Positions 38,321-51,989 of a stretch of DNA of 64,000 nucleotides are shown here, piece after piece. This DNA is from Octopus sinensis (taxonomy: Eukaryota). The translations under genes and the position numbers were made by a program. The notes beneath the pieces were generated by a model. The model made no database searches. It had not been told where the DNA came from and saw nothing but the letters and a program-made list of their open reading frames with translations. The DNA is taken from the NCBI RefSeq assembly GCF_006345805.1, contig NC_043000.1, positions 18,662,001-18,726,000 of the forward strand, given 5' to 3'. Numbering within the stretch: position 1 is the stretch's first letter; each line of letters opens with the position of its first letter.

Positions 38321-39611
38321 CGAGGGGCGTTCAATAAGTAATGCCTCTGGCCCACTTGCAGTTGTTTGATCGAGCTGAAATTTTGCATGTGCAATTATTG
38401 ATATCTCTATAGATTAAGTGGAAAATTACAGCTCTGAGCTAATTGTGGTTTCTGATTTACAGGTGTTTGAACTGAGTCAAGTGTGAAATGGAGCCTGTTG
38501 AGTGTCGAACAGTGATCCGGTTTTTGTATTTGAAAGGACACACACCACGGGAGACTTTTGCTGAAATGAAAGTAACTTATGGTGATGATGTCCCATCATA
38601 TGACCTTGTAAAATGCTGGCATCGTGAATTCAAACATGGTCGGAACTCTGTGGAAACAGCTCCCAGATCTGGTCACCCCACTTCTGCCATTGATGAGGTA
38701 TCTATCCGTCAAGTTGAGGCTGCCATTTTGGAAGATCGACGCATAACTATTCGCCAAATAGTCCATGAGGTCAAGATTAGTACCGGGTCTGTGGAAACTA
38801 TCATTCATGACTATTTGCATATGCAAAAGGTGTCTGCCAGATGGATTCCCAGGTTGCTCACACCTTTCCAGAAGCAAGAACGCGTCGAGTGCTCGAGGAT
38901 GAATTTGGAGATGTGCCAAGAAGATGAGTCAAACTTTTTCAAAAGACTGATTACACAGGATGAAACCTGGGTCCATCACTATGATCCAGAGACCAAAGCC
39001 CAGTCAATGCAGTGGAAGCACCGTGACTCACCTCCTTCAAAGAAGGCAAGTGTGCAGCCCTCCACTGGCAAGATCATGCTCACAATCTTCTGGGACCAGG
39101 ACGGAGTAATGATGACAGATTTCCTGGCAAAGGGTACCACAATTACAGGAGCCTATTATGCTTCACTTTTGAGGAAATTAAGAGAAGTTATCAAAATCAA
39201 GAGGCGGAGCAAGATCAGCAAAGGCATCCTCCTCCTGCAGGACAACGCTCCGGTCAACAACTCGCATGTCGCCAGATCAGAAGCACAGGCGTGCGGCTAT
39301 GAACTCCTCCTCCTCCCCCTACTCTCCCGACCTTGCACCCTCTGATTTTCATCTCTTCCCAGCCATGAAGTTGTTTTTGAAAGGAAAGCGTTTCTCAGAT
39401 GATGCAGCCTTGATTTCTGAAGTCACGTCGTGGTTCGAGGACCAAGCTGGGGTCTCCTACAAAAACGGTCTCCAGAGCTGCATCAAACGATGGGAGAAAG
39501 GCGTAACTCTGGGTGGTTCCTATGTAGAAAAAGACTAATAACTGCGCCAAGTTTCGTTGCTCTACTGCTATGGTAAGTGGGTCAGGGGCATTACTTATTG
39601 AACGCCCCTCG
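38321..39611 (+). mobile_element. Full-length mariner transposon (irritans-like TIR)
   Basis: TA flanks, TIR cgaggggcgttcaataagtaatgcc with its inverse at the right end, 1291 bp. Confidence 0.95.
38488..39538 (+). pseudogene. Mariner DD34D transposase with a single frameshift near 39310
   Basis: WIPRLL, ITQDETWVH, LLQDNAP, YSPDLAPSDFHLF; ORFs 38488-39345 and 39266-39538 overlap in different frames. Confidence 0.92.
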
Positions 39612-39619
39612 TATGTTCT

Positions 39620-42114
39620 GACCCCGAACAGTAACAGCTTCAATGGTTACAGAGTAAATTGCATTACTAAATGACTTTGTATATAGGGTCCTGGATTTTA
39701 GAATAACCAGTAATTAGCTAGTCAAATAGGGATTACATCCTTGTAGGAGGACCTTGGACGTTCAAAGGATGTGGAACAATATCTAGACTGAAAAGGATCT
39801 ACTGCCTTGCAGACTGAATTATGGACATCAAAGGCTCAGGGAGCAGCCCTTTGGGAAAAGGGTTGCTGAAAATTGTGCCCTTGATAGACTATCGACACAG
39901 TGAAGACGTAAATCCAAAGCAACAAATCCAGGGTTAGAATCCCTGATCCGACATCCTGATCTTTTGAGTCAACGTTAGCTCCAGATAAGAATGATGGAAT
40001 GTTTTAAATCCTCACTGACGGACCAACTCTGATGTAGATGAAAATGTTGCAGTTACATTGGTACAACGTAAAGTACCCTTTATTGTCAGCGCATTTAACG
40101 CTACTGACTACTATTCCAAACTGGAGAAAACTGGATATGACGTATATACATATATATTTCTTTACTGCCCACAATGGGCTAAACATAGAAGGGACGAACA
40201 AGGACAGACAAAGGGATTAAGTCGATTACATCGACCCCAGTGCGTAACTGGTACTTAATTTATCGACCCCGAAAGGATGAAAGGCAAAGTCGACCTCGGC
40301 GGATTTTGAACCCAGAACACTTAACGGCAGACGAAATACGGCTAAGCATTTCGCCCGGCGTGCTAACGTTTCTGCCAGCTCGCCGCCCTGATATGACGTA
40401 TATACATATAGCATTGAAATCATTTGCCAACAGGAATATCGAATTGTACATGACGAGCCACTTATGCAAGAAGCATTTGAGGGATACACTCTATATTCAT
40501 CAGCATAGAAGAATGAGTAGAATGCTGTAACCGGAGAAATAAGTGTCCTACTTTTTCCAAAAGCTCCTAGTGTCCGCATTATTATAGTGAAATGAACTGA
40601 GCATGTCAAGAGAGTTAACTTGTTGGGAAATCAGACAACTGCTGTTTTTTACTGATTCAGCCCTCACCCACAGAATGAACTCCCAGAAGTACATATGGAA
40701 CAAATCTATTAACAACACAACTTGCTCTTAATTTGTTGGGAATTTTAACACTCACTTAGGGCCTAGGAATCCACTCTTCATTTTCAAGTTTATTGAGATA
40801 ATGGTGAGTACATACAAGGATACCGAACCATACATACAGACTGTTGGCACATCGTCAACTAGAAACAAGTGGATTAATAGCATAAAAAATTCACTTACGT
40901 ACAACCCTTTTGAATGTATTAAATCTGATAACAGAATTCAAATACCAAATAAGTTACCACAAGAGCAAAGGGCCAGCTAGAGATCCTTTGAAACAAACTC
41001 ACTGGAAAAGTTGCAAGAAGTGCTAACATGTGAAAGGAGTTTATAGTTGTAGTACACAACAGGACCATAACTCTTTGTGAGGGGCTTGGGGATAAGAATA
41101 GAAGTGCTGTTTTATTTTGGACTCTAACTACTGTCAACAGAGATATAGCAATGGAATCTAGGTCAATCGAGGTCCGTTAGGAGTATTGAAAGAAACTTCG
41201 ATTCATCTAAAATCGCAATCGAAGCGTATAATAAGGTTCTTGGGAGCATGTATCAACTTCAAAACTGAAGAACTTAACAATATCCCTAAAGAAAACGAGT
41301 ATGCTGCTGCTTGGACAATTCTGAAAGAATTTACCAACTAGAGAGCTTCCACTGATCGGCATCTAGAGGCCTGATTTTAGCACTTTAGATTGATTCTTGG
41401 TAAAACAGCCTTACGACACCAAACTTGATCCTTCCTTCAAACACAAAGTAACACATAACCTGCTGAGCCAGACTGGCCCATTTACTGAAGAAGTGGTTTA
41501 AATGCCGAAAATGGTTAAAAAGGCACTAAGCGCATATAGCATTCTAGATATCACCTAGAAGATCTCACTCTTCCACAAGCATCTATTGAACTTCTGTATC
41601 GAAACCTGTAAAGGAAACAAGCCAGCAACCCGCTCGAAGTCTGCAATTAATCGACTTCCAAAGAAAGGTGATCTTCATCTGCCTCAGAACAAGTGAGGAA
41701 TTATAGACACATCTCTAACTTTAAAAAATCTACTACCTTATGCTCTTTAATAGAATTTTCCCTCTTGTTGATCCCATCCTAAGACAGAACCAAGATGGTT
41801 TGCTTAAAGGCAGGGCAACGCTACATAGATATACTTTCCCTTAGAAGAATCCTAGAAGAGCGACGAACTCAGCATCTCCAAGCAAAAGATATTAATTGTA
41901 TTTTTGGATTTCTCCAAGGCATTTAATGCAGAAGAGCCATGTTATATATTCTGTTGAACTACGAGATTATCAAAGCCAACACCATTTTGTATGAAAACCC
42001 ATCAAGCTTCGTGCAAAGCACGAACAGTCCCCTTGAATTTACAATACCAGCAGGCATCCTTTAGGGAGGCACCCTAATACCTTTTCTGCTTGTGATGTGG
42101 TGACTACATCCGCA
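39620..42114 (+). mobile_element. Heavily decayed LINE (RTE-like APE and RT remnants)
   Basis: My fragmentary translations: GNFNTHLGP, LPKKGDL, RIFPLVDPILRQNQDG..KGR, FLDFSKAF. Confidence 0.7.
40155..40389 (-). mobile_element. SINE-C monomer
   Basis: 21-bp TSD gatatgacgtatatacatata (40134-54, 40390-410). Confidence 0.9.
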
Positions 42115-42497
42115 GGAGGCGCAATGGCCCAGTGGTTAGGGCAGCGGACTCGCGGTCATAGGATCGCGGTTTCGATTCCCAGACCGGGCGTTGTGTGTGT
42201 TTATTGAGCGAAAACACCTAAAGCTCCACGAGGCTCCGGCAGGGGATGGTGGTGATCCCTGCTGTACTCTTTCACCACAACTTTCTCTCACTCTTACTTC
42301 CTGTTTCTGTTGTACCTGTATTTCAAGGGGCCGGCCTTGTCACTCTCTGTGTCACGCTGAATATCCCCGAGAACTACGTTAAGGGTACACGTGTCTGTGG
42401 AGTGCTCAGCCACTTACACGTTAATTTCACGAGCAGGCTGTTCCGTTGATTCGGATCAACCGGAACCCTCATCGTCGTAACCGACGGAGTGCTTCCA
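42115..42497 (+). mobile_element. SINE-A, tail type 1
   Basis: Family consensus match. Confidence 0.9.
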
Positions 42498-42667
42498 CAT
42501 CCGTGGGTAGTCTTGACTCCATCCATGACAAAGGTCTCGTCATGAGACAACTGAACTTGTATGCTGAAACAGGAATAATAACTCCCAATATTTTTCAGAA
42601 TAAATTTTCCCAGCAATTTCTTCTTTAGAACATTAGTTTTCATATTTACTCAAGTGCAATACTGGAA

Positions 42668-43047
42668 TGGAAGCACTCCGTCGGTTACGACGACAAGGGT
42701 TCCGGTTGGTCCGAATCAACGGAACAGCCTGCTCGTGAAATTAACGTGTAGGTGGCTGAGCACTCCACAGACACGTGTACCCTTAACGTAGTTCTCGGGG
42801 ATATTCAGCGTGACACAGAGAGTGACAAGGCCGGCCCTTTGAAAATACAGGTACAACAGAAACAGGAAGTAAGAGAAAGTTGTGGTGAAAGAGTACAGCA
42901 GGGATCACCACCATCCCCTGCCGGAGCCTCGTGGAGCTTTTTAGGTGTTTTCGCTCAATAAACACTCACAACGCCCGGTCTGGGAATCGAAACCGCGATC
43001 CTATGACCGCGAGTCCGCTGCCCTAACCACTGGGCCATTTCGCCTCC
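42668..43047 (-). mobile_element. SINE-A, tail type 1
   Basis: TSD caagtgcaatactg. Confidence 0.9.
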
Positions 43048-43427
43048 ACACAAGTGCAATACTGTACTTTAACACTCAACACATCTTTGGTAAGTAGGGC
43101 GAAATTTATTAAGATAGAAACGAGACTGTATTTCTTCCATATTTTCAGAAATAATTAAAATATGAGTAATTGATTGATAGCTTTCTAATGACCACCGTAT
43201 TAAATATGTTTATCACTAGCTTAAATCTAAAACTACGTTTTCTGATTAACAAGGTTTATTATGATGAAAATTAGACCGTATTTGTTCTATACTTTCAGAA
43301 ATAAAATAATATTAGTCAACGACTAATTTAAGCTAGTGTCGTTTTCTCACTATATTTCTTACTAGTTTTTCAGTGATCGCCGTATTAAATATTAAATATG
43401 CTAATTAAATATTAAATATGCTAACAT

Positions 43428-43838
43428 AGGCGCAGGAGTGGCTGTGTGGTAAGTAGCTTGCTAACCAACCATATGGTTCCGGGTTCAGTCCCACTGCGTG
43501 GCATCTTGGGCAAGTGTCTTCTGCTATAGCCCCGGGCCGACCAATGCCTTGCGAGTGGATTTGGTAGGCGGAAACTGAAAGAAGCCTGTCGTATATATGT
43601 TTACATATATGTATGTGTGTGTATGTGTTTGTGTGTCTGTGTTTGTCCCTCTAGCATTGCTTGACAACCGATGCTGGTGTGTTTACGTCCCCGTCACCTA
43701 GCGGTTCGGCAAAAGCGACCGATAGAATAAGTACTGGGCTTACAAAGAATAAGTCCCGGGGTCGATTTGCTCGACTAAAGGCGGTGCTCCAGCATGGCCG
43801 CAGTCAAATGACTGAAACAAGTAAAAGAGTAAAAGAGT
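43428..43838 (+). mobile_element. SINE-B
   Basis: Family consensus match. Confidence 0.9.
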
Positions 43839-44099
43839 ATTGGCTGAAATTTATTACAAATCTTTCTACATGACAGTTTACACAAGAATAAATGGAACAC
43901 CAGCCGAAATCACAGCAGTCTGCTCAGAAAAGCTCTGAGAATTAACACCAGAACAAAATACTCGCCAACAAAATATCTATTATTTGTCATTTGCTTTGTT
44001 GGAAATAATAGTCATTTTTCTCAAACAAACTCTACCGTTTTTTGTTGCTTTTGTTTTAAACAGGGCGTATCAAATAACGTAGTCTGAAACAAACTATGG

Positions 44100-44483
44100 T
44101 GGAAGCACTCCGTCGGTTACGACGACGAGGGTTCCGGTTGATCCGAATCAACGGAACAGCCTGCTCGTGAAATTAACGTGTAAGTGGCTGAGCACTCCAC
44201 AGACACGTGTACCCTTAACGTAGTTCTCGGGGATATTCAGCGTGACACAGAGAGTGACAAGGCCGGCCCTTTGAAATACAGGTACAACAGAAACAGGAAG
44301 TAAGAGTGAGAGAAAGTTGTGGTGAAAGAGTACAGCAGGGATCACCACCATCCCCTGCCGGAGCCTCGTGGAGCTTTTAGGTGTTTTCGCTCAATAAACA
44401 CTCACAACGCCCGGTCTGGGAATCGAAACCGCGATCCTATGACCGCGAGTCCACTGCCCTAACCACTGGGCCATTTCGCCTCC
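44100..44483 (-). mobile_element. SINE-A, tail type 1
   Basis: TSD gaaacaaactat. Confidence 0.9.
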
Positions 44484-45829
44484 ACGAAACAAACTATATA
44501 GAATGATAGAATGCTTCGCCCATAAGTTTTCCCGATCAGGATAGGCTAGGTACAAAACAAAAAGCTAGTTACATTAAAACACTGCGTACAGTTGTTGACG
44601 CGCAACATAGAAAACATGTGATGAGATATGAAATGGATACTGTTTTGAATAGGTAGGGTGGCAACAAATGGAACGTGACCATCGACCAATACTACTGTAT
44701 TTACATCAATAGAATACATAAGGACGGGTACTTCTATAGTTGTATAGTGTAATTGTATGGATAACTAAAATCTATAAGTTTGAATAGATTTATCGAAAAG
44801 TTTTCAGAATAAGTTGCTTACGTTTTTAATGCGGCATGCCTTAGAAAAGTGCTCCCCATCCACACACACACACACACGCACGCACACACACACACACACC
44901 ACACACGCACACGCACGCACGCACACAAACACATAAACACACACACAATATGCACGCACTCACGTACACACATATAGGCACACCTCACTCTACGTTGTTA
45001 ATTGGTTCCAGGAGACACGACTTAAGTCGAATTAACCTGTCCCTAGTCTAGGCGAGGCCAAATTTACTTGCCTCTAGGCTAAACCGAAAATAACCATTCC
45101 CAGTTCTGTACTTTATTTATGAATGCATTTTCAATAATACATGGTTAATAAAAACCTATTTTAAGCTTGCAAAAAATAATTTTTATTTTTTGGTACAGTA
45201 CAGTAAAAAAAATGTAATCTAAATTTACGAATACAATTTGGTGGTGATTACCATACATCGTGGACGCTTTATTTATGAATGCGGTTTGCAATAAGACATG
45301 GTAAAAATAAAGCCTTTTTTAAGCCTAATAAATGAGTCCAGTAATTATTAGTATTATTTCGCAATAATAAAAAAGAAAAAAAACTAAATTATTTTAAATT
45401 TACCAATACGTACATACATTTTGGTTTATTTCGTGATTTCATGATTTCGTTCACTAAACTACACTACTTTATGGTGTGTATCTTAACATTTACTGTACGA
45501 ATTTTAATATTATTTTATATGCTTTTATTCTTATTTATTGTATAGTAACATGCTTTATATACTTTTAACGGTTTTCTAGTGATTTTATGATTCCAAATGT
45601 GTGGCGGATAGACGCAAAGTCGAGTAAAATGATTTAACTTAATTTTTATTTTTCCATATATTATTTTTGAAAACCGACGTATAATCAAGAACGACTTGCT
45701 CAAACAAATATATGATATATGAGCAATTGAAGTTTAGGGTCAGCCTTTGCATTGAGAGGGAAATTTTGTAGACAGGAACCGTGCAGATCTTAGTATATAT
45801 ATATATATACATACATACATACGTATATA

Positions 45830-45891
<62 letters not shown>

Positions 45892-45892
<1 letters not shown>

Positions 45893-47047
45893 TAGCATTA
45901 TGACCCGTCGTAGCCGGGTCATAGTGCTAGTGCATGTATATATGTGTATATATATGTGTACATATTACATGTACATCTATATATATACATCTACACATAA
46001 AATACAAAATACAAAGTTATATCTTGATATCGCTAGTGATAACAATACTCAAAATATATAACAGACTGGAATTGTTAGCCCGTCTCTTGTAATTTCGATC
46101 AATTGTATCTTGTCCTCCCTCTTGTATAGAAGTGTGGCTACAATCCAGCCAACCTCTACTTCTGGTGGGGGGCATTTTTTATTTTTATCCGGGACGTCCT
46201 ACGTCCCAGATATAAAGGTAAAAATAAAATATTTACACTTTGCAAGTTCGAGTCGAGTACTCCCTTGCACGCTCCGTTGAGTCGAACCTTGCTTCTATTG
46301 TGGCGAATTTACCGCCTCTGGTTAGATATCTTTCATAGTCGCACCAAGACACTTTTCGAAGGTGCTTTCCTCCAGGTGTTCAAATCTTTTTTCTCTACAT
46401 TGTATACTTTATAGACAATAGTCTTTTCTTTAATTTAATTTTTTATTATCCATCTGGACTATTCTATTTCTGCACACTAATTTTATTTTTAATTTATTCC
46501 CATTCATGTGAAACCACTTATTCAAGTTCAAATCATTGATGCAATTTTATACCAATTGCTATTTTTACTTTTGTTATATTACGATTATATTATACTTTAG
46601 TCTGATTTTAATTATTACTTACTACATATAATTCAATTGTTATTATTATTTTTATTGTTAAAGTGAAAGCATCTGACATAAAATAGAGAAATGTTTTTGT
46701 TACACTTTTAACACGTAATACTGAAATAGTGGAGAAGATATTATATTGCTATGGGCTCGCTCTAGGCAAGAAGTTGAACATTTTTTTGCCCATGAAACCA
46801 CATGGACCCTAAGTAAGGCATGTGAAAAATTTGAATGAAATTGGTTATGTAGTTCTCAAGTTTTAGGGAATCGTAGTGGAGAAGATATGATATTGCTGTG
46901 GGCTCGCCCGAGGCAAAAAGTTAAATTGTTTTTTTGCCGACCCTAAGTAAGGCATGTGTAAAATTTGAATGAAATTGGTTGTGTAGTTCTCAGGTTTTAG
47001 GGAAACACACAGACAGACACACATTCTCAGTTTTATATATAGAGAGA
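45892..47047 (-). mobile_element. Probable second non-autonomous Helitron family
   Basis: Minus-strand a|tctctctatatataaaactgagaatgtgtgtc 5' end, gacccg/cgggtc hairpin plus ctag|t 3' end, internal ~140-bp duplication; linkage of the two ends is inferred. Confidence 0.5.
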
Positions 47048-47762
47048 TATACATCGTAGTGTTCAGTATAATATGTCCATTGTGGCCGACTTCAATTAAT
47101 ATATTTACTCTATTGACAGATGTACGAGTGTATTTTTTACTGATTTATGGACTCTTAGGCGACTTACAAACACACACACACGCCCAAGGTTCGGGTTCAG
47201 TGCCACAGTGTGGCACCTTAGGCAAGTGTCATCTGCCATAACCTGGGGCCGACGAAAGCTTTGTGAGTGGATTTGGTAGACTGAAACTGAAGAACTCTCT
47301 CTGTTTCTTTTTTTATCGCTACTATAACGGCCATAGTAGCAGTATGCTCCTTGGAATTGGCTGCGCTTAGCTCACCTCCACTCAGGTACTCCGGTCTAAC
47401 ACATCATTCTGCTTCTTCATCCCTTTTATATCCCGAAGTTCTAATTGCAATGTCCAGTCCTTCTCCAGACTTTGGCCTTCTAAAATTCTCTCCCTGCTCA
47501 TTTTTTTTTCGCAGATGGTGACCTACAAAGGTTCATCAGAAACACTAATGATATCAATCTCACAGGTCTAGGAGACCCTAAAAACGTCATGGCCACTATC
47601 TCTTTCTCCAGACCAAGCAAGTAAAAAAAAAAAATTGTTTTCTGTCTCTGTTTTCGATACTTACCCGCTCAAGACCACTCTTGGTACAAACTTCTAGTTT
47701 TAAAGGGATTTAAATGAAAGCGTTCATCAAAATTTCATGTTGCAGACGCTACATTAATAATG

Positions 47763-48130
47763 GGAGGCGCAATGGCCCAGTGGTTAGGGCAGCGGACTCG
47801 CGGTTTCGATTCCCAGACCGGGCGTTGTGAGTGTTTATTGAGCGAAAACACCTAAAGCTCCACGAGGCTCCGGCAGGGGTTGGTGATGATCCCTGCTGTA
47901 CTCTTTCACCACAACTTTCTCTCACTCTTTCTTCCTGTTTCTGTTGTACCTGTATTTCAAAGGGCCGGCCTTGTCACTCTCTGTGTCACGCTGAATATCC
48001 TCGAGAACTACGTTAAGGGTGCACGTGTCTGTGGAGTGCTCAGCCACTTACACGTTAATTTCACGAGCAGGCTGTTCCGTTGGTCGGATCAACCGGAACC
48101 CTCATCGTCGTAACCGACGGTGTGCTTCCA
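47763..48130 (+). mobile_element. SINE-A, tail type 1
   Basis: Family consensus match. Confidence 0.9.
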
Positions 48131-48589
48131 ACATTAATTATGATAAAGTAATTTTACAAAATCCGTCATTCTTTTTAACATTAGTTGAAACAGAGGCAAT
48201 ATTTCAATAGTACCCAAAGGATTAATTTTAAAATAGTTTTTTTTAAAATTCCATTCGAAGGTCGCGCCGTAATTATCTTTATTTAATCTCCAGCACAAAA
48301 CAAATTAAAGTTATGAAGAATCGGTGATTTAAAACGAAGGTTGCGAGTGGCTAAAGAGACTCAGGAGATTTTACAGTTAATTACCAAGAGGTTCTCCAGA
48401 TTTTCCGCATACTTTAACGTTTATCTGTTGATAATTTCTTTTTTGTTTAAAGGTATATTCATTTTAATTGAATTGATTTTTCGTTGATCCGTAACTAAGC
48501 AGAAAATGGATTTTGCTGCAACCACAGTTGCGTTTACATGCATGCATACATACATACATGTTTTAATGCTTATATATGTATGTATATTT

Positions 48590-48900
<311 letters not shown>

Positions 48901-49465
48901 TATAAGAAACGGAGACAAATATTATGGATACTTATTTTATTTGTATCAATAAAACATAGCAAATAATTTGATAAAAATAAAATTTAAAGGAACATAAAAT
49001 AAGCACAAAATGTGCCTAAACATGTTTCAATTTGATCTCTAGGTAAACAGTGCTTCGGATCCATAGGATTCGAATCATGTTTAGAGTTGTAGATGTAAAA
49101 ATAACCTAATTTGGCCAAGTATCTTCAGGGCTGCCTATTGCAAAAGGCTAATGGTTACATATTTTTCCCAGAGGAATTCAAATTGGTGGTAAAAACGTAC
49201 TAAATAAGATAGATGAGGACCACATAGTCGTATGTTAAGTATCGAAGTAATATAAACATTAAGTTGTCAGAAAAGGAAGAGAGGACATCGAGAAAATAAT
49301 AGGGGGAGGTATTAGCTAATCAAATCGTTCTAAAAAAAACTTAGGGATTTAAAAAATAGACGGTAATGGGTTTTGAGGGATATTATGTAATAATTTAAAA
49401 AATAAATGTATCTGTTAGGTGCATTGAAATGCTACATAATAACTTTTTCTTTAGAATAAGTAAGT

Positions 49466-49755
49466 GAAGGCGCAGTGGCCCAATGGTTAGGGCAGCGGAC
49501 TCGCGGTCGGAGGATCGCTGTTTCGATTCCCAGACCGGGCGTTGTGTGTGTTTATTGAACGAAAACACCTAAAGCACCACGAGGCTCCGGCAGGGGGTGG
49601 TGGCGACCCCTGTTGTACTCTTTCGCCCCAACTTTCTCTCACTCATTCTTCCTGTTTCTTGAGTAACGTTGCGATGGTGGCGTCCCGTCCAGCTGGGGGG
49701 AACACATACGCCATAGAAACCGGGCTCGTGAGCCAGGCTAGGTTTGAAAAGGGCT
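49466..49755 (+). mobile_element. SINE-A, tail type 2
   Basis: Type-2 diagnostics and tail. Confidence 0.88.
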
Positions 49756-49996
49756 CGTAAATGAATAAGTAACGATAAATTTTCTTCATAATTAGTATCT
49801 TAAAATTTTATTTTACATATATGCTCTCATTTTACATATATGATCTTAACTTGTGAAGATACAAGATATGAGTGAACCATAATTAAATACCTACTTTTGA
49901 ATTATCTAAGTTTCCAATAAAGTCAAATTGTTCTTAGTCATTACTTTAGAATATTATAATCCACATATATAATTTATATTTTATATCCCAAATCGT

Positions 49997-50329
49997 GGAG
50001 GCGCAATGGCCCAGTGGTTAGGGCAGCGGACTCGCGGTCATAGGATTGAGCGAAAACACCTAAAGCTCCACGAGGCTCCGGCAGGGGATGGTGGTGATCC
50101 CTGCTGTACTCTTTCACCACACTCTTACTTCCTGTTTCTGTTGTACCTGTATTTTCAAAGGGCCGGCCTTGTCACTCTCTGTGTCACGCTGAATATCCCC
50201 GAGAACTACGTTAAGGGTACACGTGTCTGTGGAGTGCTCAGCCACTTACACGTTAATTTCACGAGCAGGCTGTTCCGTTGATTTGGATCAACCGGAATTC
50301 TCGTCGTCGTAACCGACGGAGTGCTTCCA
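49997..50329 (+). mobile_element. SINE-A, tail type 1
   Basis: TSD atatcccaaatc. Confidence 0.9.
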
Positions 50330-50703
50330 TCCATATCCCAAATCCCTTATTGTTTTATCTAGCTTCATTTAATTAACTAATATCCGTCTATTTAATTTTC
50401 ATTTCGTTATTTTTCCCCCGGAAAATTTATTTCTCTCTATATTTTTTTTCCTTATCTCTCCCTATTTTTCTCTTTAATTCAGTCTATTTACTTAACGCTT
50501 CCTCAATATCTTACCCTAATTACATAATGTCCCCCACAACCCTTAACCTATTTTAATGATTACATAATGTCCCTCAAAACCCATAACCGTCTAGTTTTCA
50601 AATCCCTACGTTTTTTTAGCAGAATTTGATTTGCTAATACCCGCCCTATTATTTTCTCGACATCCTTTATTCCTTTTCTAACAACTTAATGTTGACATAA
50701 TGT

Positions 50704-51040
50704 GAAGGCGCGTGGCTCAGTGGTTAGAGCGTCGAGCTTACGATCGTGAGGTTGTGAGCTCGAATCCCGGACCGGGCTGCGTGTTGTGTTCTTCAGCAAG
50801 ACCCTTTATTTCACGTTGCTCCAGTTCACTCAGCTGTAGAAATGAGTTGCGACATCACGGGTGCCAAGCTGTATCGGCCGTTGCCTTTCCCTTGGATAAC
50901 ATCGGTGACGTGGAGAGGGGAGGCCGGTATGCATGGGCGACTGCTGGTCTTCCATAAAAAACAACCTTGCCCAGACTTGTGCCTCAGAGGGTAACTCTCT
51001 AGGTGCAAACCCATGGTCAGTGTCTGACCGAAGGGGGTCA
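50704..51040 (+). mobile_element. SINE-F (tRNA head with CORE-like segment)
   Basis: ggcgcgtggctcagtggttagagcg...ctcgaatccc; TSD aatgttgacat. Confidence 0.85.
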
Positions 51041-51572
51041 CCAATGTTGACATTCCTTCGATACTTAACATACGAATATGTGGTTCTCATCTACACACAC
51101 ACACACGCATGCACAGAGAAAATAATAATCTTAATAAGCATAAAAAATTTTCACTGATGATGGAACAACGAACACAGTTTCAATGATATAATGATTTTTA
51201 TTTGTTCAACTTTCGCTTAACATCAAAAACACATTGCTAATGATCAGATGTCCATAGTATGTTCATTCTTACCCAACATCATATTTTTGTAAATAGTTTT
51301 CTAAATCATCTGGAACATACAAGAAGCCTTAACAGATCAGAGCATCACAGAGCACATAAGACCTTTGCTTGGCAAATTACAAATCTAATCAACGCAACCA
51401 ACACAACTATTAATTAGCACTAGCATTTTAAAACCAAAATTATAATCGAGACATTGTGAAAAGTTCTGGTTATTTTTTTTATATAGATGTCAACCAAATT
51501 GAGTTCTTGAACACAAGTGATTTACATTATTTACATTTGACGAATATATTTGCCCTCATCTTGTTTGTTGTT

Positions 51573-51618
51573 AACTCAACGTTTCGGCTGATATACCCTC
51601 CAGCCTTCATCAGGTGTC
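51573..51618 (-). ncRNA. Minimal type I hammerhead motif (left arm of element E)
   Basis: gacac-CTGATGA-a-ggctg..cagcc-GAAA-cg-TT-gagtt; one stem I mismatch; palindromic AACGTT helix III. Confidence 0.7.
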
Positions 51619-51664
51619 TTGGGGAAATTTCGAACCTGGGTTCTCATTCCCCAAGATATTTTTC

Positions 51665-51700
<36 letters not shown>

Positions 51701-51831
51701 ATTCAGGTCACTGTCTGGGTTTAGTAGCTCGAGGTCTTAAGCATTACGCCATATGCCCGTGGACATATGGCGTAGTGGTTAAGAGCGCTGGCTACTAACT
51801 CCAAGATTCCGAGTTCGATTCTAGATAGTGA

Positions 51832-51882
<51 letters not shown>

Positions 51883-51943
51883 CAACAACAACAACATCGA
51901 AAAATACCTTGGGAATGAGAACTCAGATTCGAAATTTCCCCAA

Positions 51944-51989
51944 GTCACCTGATGAAGACTGGAGGGTATATCAGCCGAAACGCTGTGTT
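51944..51989 (+). ncRNA. Minimal hammerhead motif (right arm), U16.1 mutated
   Basis: gtcac-CTGATGA-a-gactg..cagcc-GAAA-cg-CT-gtgtt. Confidence 0.55.

Larger units (their letters stand above)
49212..51091. mobile_element. Long-TIR non-autonomous DNA element carrying three SINE insertions
   Basis: TA|gatgaggacc...ggttctcatc|TA; ~200-bp imperfect TIRs 49212-49425 vs 50550-50698 plus 51054-51091. Confidence 0.72.

Noticed and set aside
47515-47620. Open frame after a strong acceptor (DGDLQRFIRNTNDINLTGLGDP...)
   Set aside because: Donors are weak and there is no homology; may be decayed repeat sequence.
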